Program-made: the position numbers and the translations under genes
Shown here: positions 56,517 through 64,000 of the stretch, one piece after another
How positions within the stretch are numbered: position 1 is the stretch's first letter
Layout of the letters: each line of letters starts with the position of its first letter
Origin: an uncultured Gammaproteobacteria bacterium
GTDB taxonomy: Bacteria > Patescibacteriota > Patescibacteriia > UBA1558 > GWA2-36-10
Assembly: GCA_964515785.1 (NCBI GenBank)
Contig: CAZEWH010000002.1
Span: 30,182-94,181, forward strand
Direction: 5' to 3'
DNA: 64,000 bases
Notes under the pieces: generated by a model
What the model saw: the letters and a program-made list of their open reading frames with translations, nothing else
What the model was told of the DNA's origin: nothing
Databases searched by the model: none

Positions 56517-58063
56517 TTTAATAAATTTTGAGCTTTTTGTAATTGCAGATCAGTTGTTTCACTATTTTCAATAATATAGTCTGGTTCAAAGCCAATTTGT
56601 TCTACAGATAAGCCAGTTGGTGTTAGCCATTCCAAAATAGTATATTTCAAAGATGAGTTATCTGCAAAAGATACTAAAGATTGTCCAGTACCTTTACCTT
56701 GAGTAGTTGCACCAACTACTTGAGCTGCTCCATTTTCAGATAAAGCAGTAGTAAATATTTCTGCAGCTGAAGCAGTATTATTATTTACTAATATAATAGT
56801 TGGTAGATCAAGTACTATACCTAATTTTGATTTATGTTCAATTGTTTTATAAGGATATTTTTCTTGGACTAACATTACATTTCTTGGTACCCAATAATCT
56901 GCCAGATCATAAGCCGCAAAAGTATAACCTCCAGGATTATTTCTCAGATCAATAATAATTCCTTGAGTTGTATCATCAATAATTTCTTGTCTAATTTTAT
57001 CAAACTCATTTCTTAAATTAACAGAAAAAGTATTGATTTTAAAATAAGCAATATTATTGTTTAATTTTTTACCATTGACCATAGGTACAGTAATTTTGTC
57101 TCTGATAATGCTCACGGTAAATTTTTTTTGGCTACTAGGTCGATAAATTTCCAAAACAACTTTGCTACCTCGTGGGCCTTTAATTAAACTAATACTGTCT
57201 TGCAAACTAAAGCCAGTGATACTTATTCCATCTACTGTCCAAACTTCGTCGCCTGGTTTGAGACCAGCTGCTTCAGCTGGACTTTTTGGTAATGGCGCAG
57301 AAATTATTAGTTGTTTGTTTTTTGTTTCTACCATGGCACCAATACCCTCTACTGAACCTTCAAGTTCATTATAAAATTCATTAGTTTTTTGTGGGCTAAA
57401 AAATTGGGTATAAGGATCATCAAAAGCATCGGCCATACCTTTTAAGGAGCTGTAATACATATTAGTAATATCTACTTTGTCAGATTGGAAATAATTGTCT
57501 TTAAGTATATCCCAAGTTTGCCAATAAGTAGAAAAATCTAAATTTTCGTCTGATTTATTTAATCTAAAATTAGGCTGACTAGTAATAGCAATAGTACTTA
57601 ATTTGTCAGCGCGTATTTCTAAAGCTAATTTTTTCAAAGTTTTCAAACCTGCTTTGCCATTGGCTATAAAATAACGGTTGTTATCCAATGGATTTATATA
57701 CCAAGCTTCACCATTTTCTTCTACCTGTAAGAGGAATTTTCCACGCATCTCAAAAGTGAGCTTATAGTCTATGTTATTAATATTATCTTCACTTAAAATA
57801 CTGGCTAAGTTTTTGTTATCAATACCTTGACCAAAATTTTTCAATAAATATGAAACAGCTTTACCGTCTTTTAGTAAAAAACGTTTGTTGGTATCTGGAT
57901 CAACGTACCAATAATTTTGATCTAAATCATCAGCTGAGGTAATTATGCTGCCAGCATATGTCTGAGCAGTAGATTTACCTTCAATAATAATAAGTGCTTT
58001 AGAATTTTCAGCATAAAGAAAAATAGCTACAAAAGCTATTAAAGCAATTAAAATTTTTCGCAT
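56513..58063 (-). CDS. C-terminal processing peptidase (S41, tail-specific protease) with PDZ domain, secreted
   Basis: Signal peptide; PDZ (GLKPGDEVWTVDGISITG); S41 catalytic region (NNNTASAAEIF ... Lys). Confidence 0.85.
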   Translation of the reverse strand: MRKILIALIAFVAIFLYAENSKALIIIEGKSTAQTYAGSIITSADDLDQNYWYVDPDTNKRFLLKDGKAVSYLLKNFGQGIDNKNLASILSEDNINNIDYKLTFEMRGKFLLQVEENGEAWYINPLDNNRYFIANGKAGLKTLKKLALEIRADKLSTIAITSQPNFRLNKSDENLDFSTYWQTWDILKDNYFQSDKVDITNMYYSSLKGMADAFDDPYTQFFSPQKTNEFYNELEGSVEGIGAMVETKNKQLIISAPLPKSPAEAAGLKPGDEVWTVDGISITGFSLQDSISLIKGPRGSKVVLEIYRPSSQKKFTVSIIRDKITVPMVNGKKLNNNIAYFKINTFSVNLRNEFDKIRQEIIDDTTQGIIIDLRNNPGGYTFAAYDLADYWVPRNVMLVQEKYPYKTIEHKSKLGIVLDLPTIILVNNNTASAAEIFTTALSENGAAQVVGATTQGKGTGQSLVSFADNSSLKYTILEWLTPTGLSVEQIGFEPDYIIENSETTDLQLQKAQNLLK

Positions 58064-58081
58064 ATATTTGTTATTATTTAT

Positions 58082-59593
58082 TTAAACTTTCTTTTTTTCT
58101 GTGACCAAAAATCCCATGTATTTACCGAGCATCAAGCGAGTTTGAGCGTCAACTGCTGGGATAGAACCAAAAATAATCATAGTAATAGGGAAAATAATCC
58201 ATTGCAAAAACATTAGTAGATAGCGGACAATTTTGCTCCAAAATTTTGTTTTCATTTTTTTGGGTATAGGTGGTAGTATAATTACACTCATCAAGGCTAC
58301 AATAAATAGACCAATCATACCAAAGCGCATCAAATTTTCTAGTAAGAGTGGAGCATTTTGGGTTAAGACTGTGGTAGCTGTATTTTTTTCTGCCATCCAC
58401 AATGGTAATTGTCCCATGATTAGAATAATAATTGGTGCTGTAGCCCAAGAATAAACACCTTCTGTTTGATTCCAAATATAAACTATTTTCTTTTTAAAAG
58501 GAATTTGTTTATTTTTTTTGAAACGCCAGACCATATAAGGAAAGTGCTCTACTCCCCAAGCCCAACGGCGCATTTGTTTGTATTGATTTTTTAAGCTACG
58601 CCATAAGTTACCAACATAAACAGTATTCATTGAAACTGGAATATGCATCGGAGCTACTTGATAATCACCATTATAATGAATCAAGCATTGTAAAAAAATA
58701 CGAGAATCCTCTGTTACAATATTATTTTGCCAAAAACCAACATCAACTATAGCCTGCCAACTCATACTATGTGAAGAAAAAGTAAAAAGTCTGTCAGGGC
58801 GAGCTAAATCAGTCAACAACCAAAAAGTTGTAGAGTTGGCTACCACTCGAGTGATCATATCTGATTCCCAGACATTGTTATGATAAAAAGCCATAGGCTG
58901 AAAACTAGCTCTGTATGGATTTGGGTGGGATATAAATTTGTGGGTAAGATAAGCAAAATAATCGGGGTGAGTAATAGTATCTATATCAAAAGCTGAAACT
59001 ATTAGTTTTTTGTAATCAATTCCCCAATTGTCAACATATTTTTTTGTCTCATGTCCAGCGTGGTATAGATTAGAACCTTTACCAGGAATTTCATCTGGCA
59101 GTCCACTAGGGTGGACAGTAATTAAAATGTCTTTAAAATATTTACTATATTTTTCTTTTATTTTGTTAGAAATTGATAGGAATTCATCTTTGAATTTTTC
59201 TTCACCAGCTAAAATAATAACTAATTTACTTAGGTCATAATTACTTTTTCTAAAATTATCAAAAGTAATATCAACTATTTCATAAGATTCACCAGCAGTT
59301 GGTAAAAATATAAGATGATAGTATCCAGACCAGGTCTGATGTTTATCTTTTAGATATTGCCACCAATCAGTTTTAGCAGCTTGTCTATATTGCGACCAAG
59401 ATATTAATAAAAAAATTAATAAATATAAAATTCTCAAAATCCAATAAATATCAAAAGCAATAATAATATAAATGCCTGTTAGTGGTTGCCAAATAGAAAT
59501 AAAAATAACTATAGCAAAAGTCAACCAGACAGCCAGTCCTGGAACAATTTCTAAAAATCTATAAAAATAATAATTTTTATGAGTATTGGTCAT
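58082..59593 (-). CDS. Membrane-embedded processive GT2 beta-glycosyltransferase (cellulose/chitin/hyaluronan synthase-like)
   Basis: TM helices flanking a cytoplasmic GT-A domain with DxD (FDID), TED (TEDSRI) and QxxRW (QMRRWAWG) motifs. Confidence 0.7.
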   Translation of the reverse strand: MTNTHKNYYFYRFLEIVPGLAVWLTFAIVIFISIWQPLTGIYIIIAFDIYWILRILYLLIFLLISWSQYRQAAKTDWWQYLKDKHQTWSGYYHLIFLPTAGESYEIVDITFDNFRKSNYDLSKLVIILAGEEKFKDEFLSISNKIKEKYSKYFKDILITVHPSGLPDEIPGKGSNLYHAGHETKKYVDNWGIDYKKLIVSAFDIDTITHPDYFAYLTHKFISHPNPYRASFQPMAFYHNNVWESDMITRVVANSTTFWLLTDLARPDRLFTFSSHSMSWQAIVDVGFWQNNIVTEDSRIFLQCLIHYNGDYQVAPMHIPVSMNTVYVGNLWRSLKNQYKQMRRWAWGVEHFPYMVWRFKKNKQIPFKKKIVYIWNQTEGVYSWATAPIIILIMGQLPLWMAEKNTATTVLTQNAPLLLENLMRFGMIGLFIVALMSVIILPPIPKKMKTKFWSKIVRYLLMFLQWIIFPITMIIFGSIPAVDAQTRLMLGKYMGFLVTEKKKV

Positions 59594-60681
59594 TATAAAT
59601 TATATTTATTTGCTTCAATACCTACAGCTTGTGATATATGACTAAAATTATTTTTTTGTAATAATTTGTCTAGATCTTTGTTTATTTTTTTGATACTACA
59701 TGGGCCGTTATAAATAAAACCAGTAGCAATTTGTAAAAGATGAGCTCCTGCTTTGATTTTGTCATAAGCATCAGTACCTGAAAATATACCACCTACTCCA
59801 ATTATTTTAAATTTATCTTCAGAGTTTTTATATAAATAACTAATAACTTTATTGGCATGTTGAGTAATTACTTGGCCAGATACTCCGCCTGGTTTATTTT
59901 TATTTGCTGATTTTAAATTAAGATGAGATTTTTCTTTAGCCAAATTTACAGCTACAATAGCAGCTATATTATATTGCTTGCTCAGAGAAATTATATCGTC
60001 TAATTGCTGTTTATTCAGGTCATAGCTTATTTTGAGCCAGATAGGTTTATTATTTTTATTAAGTTCAGTAATTTTTTGTAAAATTGGCTCAAGAGTGGCT
60101 CGTTTTTGTAAGCCAGCAAAATCTTCTATATTGGGACAACTTAGATTCAAAGTAATAATATCTCCATGAGATTCTAAAATTTTGAAAGATTCTGCATAAT
60201 CTGCAGCTGCAGCTTGCATGGCTATTTTGCTGGTTTTGGCAATACTAATAGATAACAAACCTCTATAATTTTTTGTTTTAGATAATTTATTAGCTACAGC
60301 TTGAGCGCCAATATTGGGGATGCCATAGTAAACTACTATGCCCTTGTCTTTAGGAAGACGCCAAAGTCTAGGTTTGGGATTACCTGGTTGAGCTTGATGT
60401 GTCACAGAACCAAGCTGGGCCCAAGCAAAATCAAAAGCACTCCAGGCAGTAGCTGCTGTAGCATTTTTATCCATACCAGCTGTCAGACCAATTGGAGTCC
60501 TAAAATACAATCCCCAAATTTTTTGTTTGATTCTGGGTGAAGTAAAATTTTTAGTTCTAAATACTAAATTATTTAAAAATTGGCTTTTGTCTAAAATAGA
60601 CAAAAGCTTGAGAGTAAAATTATGGACTTTTTCTGGATCAAAGCAAAAAAGTATTGGTCTGATAATTTTTTGATAAAGCAT
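59593..60681 (-). CDS. pyrD: Dihydroorotate dehydrogenase (quinone), class 2
   Basis: Membrane-association N-terminal helix (YQKIIRPILFCFDPEKVH), FMN-binding barrel, GGIFSG...ATGFIYNGP. Confidence 0.85.
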   Translation of the reverse strand: MLYQKIIRPILFCFDPEKVHNFTLKLLSILDKSQFLNNLVFRTKNFTSPRIKQKIWGLYFRTPIGLTAGMDKNATAATAWSAFDFAWAQLGSVTHQAQPGNPKPRLWRLPKDKGIVVYYGIPNIGAQAVANKLSKTKNYRGLLSISIAKTSKIAMQAAAADYAESFKILESHGDIITLNLSCPNIEDFAGLQKRATLEPILQKITELNKNNKPIWLKISYDLNKQQLDDIISLSKQYNIAAIVAVNLAKEKSHLNLKSANKNKPGGVSGQVITQHANKVISYLYKNSEDKFKIIGVGGIFSGTDAYDKIKAGAHLLQIATGFIYNGPCSIKKINKDLDKLLQKNNFSHISQAVGIEANKYNL

Positions 60682-60726
60682 AAGTAGCTATAATCTAGCA
60701 GAAAATTGTCTATTTTTCAAGGTCTA

Positions 60727-61389
60727 TTATATAGGGAGTGCTTCTATTACTAGTCGCTGATCAGTAGTATAGACAGGGTGACAGGTAAATAAAGTCAATT
60801 TTTCTTGGCCAGTGTCTTGTAAAATACTAATTTCATCAGGCTCGACAATTCGGATATTGTTTACTTGATATTTATATTCTTGATCTTGCCAAAATACTTG
60901 GATAATGTCCCCTGTTTGGACTTTATCTAGATTGAAAAAAGTATTTGGTCCAGAAGTATAAAGATAGCGATGACCACTAAGTACCATATTTTTGTAGCCA
61001 TCCGGATTATCTGGAGTACCAGAGCCAGGGATGTGCCAAGCACCTTGTAGTAAAGCATTTTTTTCATTATCACCAAAAACTATAGCCATATCAACACCGA
61101 TAGATGAAATAACAACACGATATTGATCTTGGTTAATATTTTCAACTTGATTTTCTTCTTCTGTTTGTTCCTTTACTATTTGTTCTTCTTGATTTTCTTT
61201 GTCTTGAGACAAATCACTTGGCATGTTGTCTGGATTTTTTTGTGAAGTTTCATAATCAATATTAAGACCGGTAGTAGTAGATAATACATCTTGATGGCTA
61301 GTTGTTTGAGTTTGCCAAATAAAAAATAAAGCCACTAGTCCCAAGACTATTAGTAGATAACTTGTTATTTTGGCATTTTTATAAGACAT
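60727..61389 (-). CDS. Sortase-family cysteine transpeptidase
   Basis: N-terminal anchor; catalytic His (VLSGHRY), TLFTCHP cysteine motif, downstream Arg. Confidence 0.75.
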   Translation of the reverse strand: MSYKNAKITSYLLIVLGLVALFFIWQTQTTSHQDVLSTTTGLNIDYETSQKNPDNMPSDLSQDKENQEEQIVKEQTEEENQVENINQDQYRVVISSIGVDMAIVFGDNEKNALLQGAWHIPGSGTPDNPDGYKNMVLSGHRYLYTSGPNTFFNLDKVQTGDIIQVFWQDQEYKYQVNNIRIVEPDEISILQDTGQEKLTLFTCHPVYTTDQRLVIEALPI

Positions 61390-61460
61390 AAATTAATTTT
61401 ATACTATAGGGCTCCGTAAATCTACGGAGCCCAAGTAGTTTTTATTTTGTAACAAAGATT

Positions 61461-64000
61461 TTAAGTCTTGCTATAAAACTTTATTTTTAAATATACGCCA
61501 GACCAAATCATTAAGCAGGCTATCATCCACAAATAATTATAATTTGGCATTTCTGGCCCACCAGTAGCTGGTAATTCTTTAAAACCAAGGACTTCTGGGG
61601 TTGGTTCAATCTTGACACCCAAAACTTCTTCTATTAAACAAAGGCTAGAACAACCATCACCATTACTGATATTACCATCATCACATTGTTCTAGGTCTTG
61701 GTTTATCATATTATCGCCACAATATGGTGATGGAGTTTGATTGCCACTACCATAGAAAAATCCTCCACCACCTCCACCACCTTCAGTGGTACAAGTCGCC
61801 GAACAACCATCACCGTCTTCATTATTGCCGTCATCACATTGTTCACTTGATTGATTTACGTATCCGTCACCACAAAATGGTTCTGGAGGTTCTGTATATT
61901 GGTTTAAGAAATAAATAATTGGATTTTGCATTTCACCATCGATAGTCACGGTCATAGAGCCATCACTTTCCAAGATACCATTACCTTCACCGCCTGTTTG
62001 GTTCCAATTGGCTTGCATTTCTTCAGTAACATTGTATGTGTCATAAGGCAAGTCAATAAATACACAGCCATTTTCAGCTAGATATTCATTATCACCGATA
62101 TAGAACATCCAACCAGGTACAACTGGTTCACCATTATCTAGTATTCCATCACCGTTTAAATCTTCTTGTTTACAAATAGTCAAAGTACCTTCGAGTGGTG
62201 GTTCTTCTTCAATTTGGCATTGAGCAGAACAACCATCACCGTCTTCATTATTGCCGTCATCGCATTGTTCCCATTCTTGATTTATAATACCATCACCACA
62301 ATATGGTTCTTCAATAATTTCTTGATAGTTACCAAAGTTGACTTCTGGGTCTTGGCCGCCTTCTAGGAGGACTTGTTGGCAGATTGGTGTTGTATTTATC
62401 CAATCATCTCTTATTTCTTCACAAACATGATAATAACCATTAGGTACATCTTCAAAACAATAACCATCTTCGCCAGTTTCAGTTTCATAAGTTTCTTCAG
62501 CTAGATTATAACAATGAATAGCTCGGACACCATCAACATCATAGCCATCTGCAACCCTACCTTCAAAGTCATCAGGGTTAGTAATGTCTACTAATTTGAT
62601 ATATTTAGCCCAAGCAAGTGAACCAAGATCAAAAGTACCATCTAGGCAAGAAGTGCCAATATCTTCCCAAGTATTGCCATCTTGTGAAGCATATACCTGA
62701 ACATATTCTGGATAAGCATCACAGCTAGGACTACCATAAGTAGTTTCAATAACTTCGACGTCGTTTCCGTCTCCGTTTTCTATTAGATTATCAAAGCCTA
62801 GGATCAAAGTACCGCCAAAACCTAGAGATACAAAATTGATAGTATCATTGTCTTGAGCCTCACCTAGAGCATTGTTTGGATCACTACGTTCTGGTAAGAC
62901 AGGTGTTCCGTTATTACGGAGACCTTGTTCAAAGTCAACAACAGTGTCAGCCCATTGATCACCCTCTTCACACATTAATTTTTCAGCCATAGTGATTCCC
63001 CAGCCAGCAATATTATAATCATCATTATCATATTCTCCATTTTGATCAGCATCGTAAAATTTCATACCACAAATATTATTTTCGCAATCTTCGACAATTT
63101 CCCATTCTGTATAATATCCGTCATCAGCTGTAGTAGTTGTTAACCAGAAAAATGATTTATTATCATCTTCAGTCCAAACTTCATCATTACCAGCATTATA
63201 TTGGCCAACACCAGTACCATCAAAGCCATTTTCTAATCGATTATTGCCAGGATAATCATTTGATTCATCACTGACTTGTCCAGTGACAGTTGCATTATAA
63301 AATTCTATATTACCATGGACATGTTCTTTGTCGTGTCCTGGGTGTGTACCATACATTACAACTCGCAAACCATCTTCAGATCTTTGGACAGCTAGACCAG
63401 GTACATCTTCATAGCCAGAAATATCTGGATCAAAATAATGGTTACCGTTCCAGTATAAAGCTATCCAAACATTATTTGGAATAACATATGAATCAGAGCC
63501 AAGATAAATATCATCGGTCATATCACTAGCAGGATCAAAGTTAATAACTTCTTCCATGTTTATTTTAGCTACAACTAAATCATTGCATTCTGGGATAACA
63601 TATTGACAGTGTTGAGAACAACCAGGCAGATCAGAGTCACATTGTTCCCATTCTTGATTGATTTCTCCGTCACCACAATATGGATCATATGGTGGTTCTT
63701 CTGGATCAGCAATTTTACAAAGGCGGACATTATCAACATAAGTTCCATAACTATCACTTGGCCCAATATCTTCCAGAGCTATATTTGTATTTGTGCTATC
63801 AGCAATAAATGTATAATTAGATTGTGTCCAATCTTCTTGAGCTAAAGGTGCGCTACCTGTGGCTGGGCCATTGGTAGCTACTTGAGTGCCATCTACTTTG
63901 ACTGCTAGATGATTTTGTTCAGCACCAATATTGTGGCGTGGTGCAAAAGACCAAAATAGTTTGTATTCTGCACCTTCTTCAGTAACTACATCTTGGTGGA
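61461..64000 (-). CDS. Large cell-surface protein with Myxococcus-type cysteine-rich repeats (CGDGxxNQxxEQCDDGNxxxGDGCSxxC) and a C-terminal LPATG sorting signal. The N-terminus lies beyond the window end; the track start at 63557 is an internal Met.
   Basis: The frame stays open from 63557 to 64000 with no stop. It contains a fourth CGDGEINQEWEQCDSDLPGCSQHC repeat and a ...YGTYVDNVRL lectin-like segment. The C-terminus is LPATGG + hydrophobic stretch + KIKFYSKT. Confidence 0.75.
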   Translation of the reverse strand, partial: HQDVVTEEGAEYKLFWSFAPRHNIGAEQNHLAVKVDGTQVATNGPATGSAPLAQEDWTQSNYTFIADSTNTNIALEDIGPSDSYGTYVDNVRLCKIADPEEPPYDPYCGDGEINQEWEQCDSDLPGCSQHCQYVIPECNDLVVAKINMEEVINFDPASDMTDDIYLGSDSYVIPNNVWIALYWNGNHYFDPDISGYEDVPGLAVQRSEDGLRVVMYGTHPGHDKEHVHGNIEFYNATVTGQVSDESNDYPGNNRLENGFDGTGVGQYNAGNDEVWTEDDNKSFFWLTTTTADDGYYTEWEIVEDCENNICGMKFYDADQNGEYDNDDYNIAGWGITMAEKLMCEEGDQWADTVVDFEQGLRNNGTPVLPERSDPNNALGEAQDNDTINFVSLGFGGTLILGFDNLIENGDGNDVEVIETTYGSPSCDAYPEYVQVYASQDGNTWEDIGTSCLDGTFDLGSLAWAKYIKLVDITNPDDFEGRVADGYDVDGVRAIHCYNLAEETYETETGEDGYCFEDVPNGYYHVCEEIRDDWINTTPICQQVLLEGGQDPEVNFGNYQEIIEEPYCGDGIINQEWEQCDDGNNEDGDGCSAQCQIEEEPPLEGTLTICKQEDLNGDGILDNGEPVVPGWMFYIGDNEYLAENGCVFIDLPYDTYNVTEEMQANWNQTGGEGNGILESDGSMTVTIDGEMQNPIIYFLNQYTEPPEPFCGDGYVNQSSEQCDDGNNEDGDGCSATCTTEGGGGGGGFFYGSGNQTPSPYCGDNMINQDLEQCDDGNISNGDGCSSLCLIEEVLGVKIEPTPEVLGFKELPATGGPEMPNYNYLWMIACLMIWSGVYLKIKFYSKT

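Noticed and set aside
63575-63845. Track ORFs 63575..63766(-) and 63603..63845(+) upstream of the LPXTG protein's annotated start
   Set aside because: A third frame on the minus strand stays open across this whole region and encodes a further cysteine-rich repeat contiguous with the 698-aa ORF. The listed ORFs are out-of-frame shadows.
1-64000. Explaining the GC-rich segments as an assembly chimera with a second, higher-GC organism
   Set aside because: The segments are short (0.5-1.7 kb) and interleaved at six places inside intact host operons. They use host-type TTGACA promoters and sit precisely between host terminators. A chimeric join would give one or two long blocks. Read-level checks are still recommended.

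Overview
AT-rich (~30% GC by eye) small-genome bacterial segment read with the standard code. Gene content and order are consistent with a Patescibacteria/CPR-like monoderm lineage, based on the short rpoA and L13, the sortase plus LPXTG protein, and many glycosyltransferases. This lineage call is an inference. Core content is almost entirely on the + strand from 1.7 to 47 kb. It comprises a secreted S8 protease with an FG-GAP propeller, and glycan locus A (GT2/GT4/GT-C, dTDP-sugar genes rfbB/rfbD-like/rfbA, UXS-like, epimerase). Next is a dcw block (mraY-murD-ftsW-murG-murC-[SGNH hydrolase plus two tandem alpha/beta-hydrolase paralogs]-murB). The ribosomal alpha operon follows (infA-rpmJ-rpsM-rpsK-rpsD-rpoA-rplQ, then rplM-rpsI). 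After it comes glycan locus B, a Wzx/Wzy-type locus (flippase, 2xGT4, 3xGT2, O-antigen-ligase-like). Then lysS, rdgB, cyclophilin, serS, alr, ftsQ-like and a Xer-type recombinase. From 47.7 to 64 kb most genes are on the - strand: M23 peptidase, gltX, GT26, 2H phosphoesterase, S41 peptidase, processive GT2, pyrD, sortase and a large LPXTG cysteine-rich-repeat surface protein that runs off the window end. def-fmt and three other + genes sit inside this block. The most unusual signal is a set of short, compositionally distinct (~45-50% GC) mini-islands at 1-1.7 kb, 15.9-16.8 kb, 30.4-31.4 kb, 39.2-40.2 kb, 47.2-47.7 kb and 54.2-54.8 kb. Their genes are mostly antisense to the flanking operons and encode small hydrophobic peptides or hypothetical proteins. 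They have their own sigma70-like promoters, strong Shine-Dalgarno sites and intrinsic terminators. One island (30.44-31.02 kb) is bounded by an exact 22-bp direct repeat next to a GC-rich multi-hairpin element. No tRNA, rRNA or CRISPR array was found.
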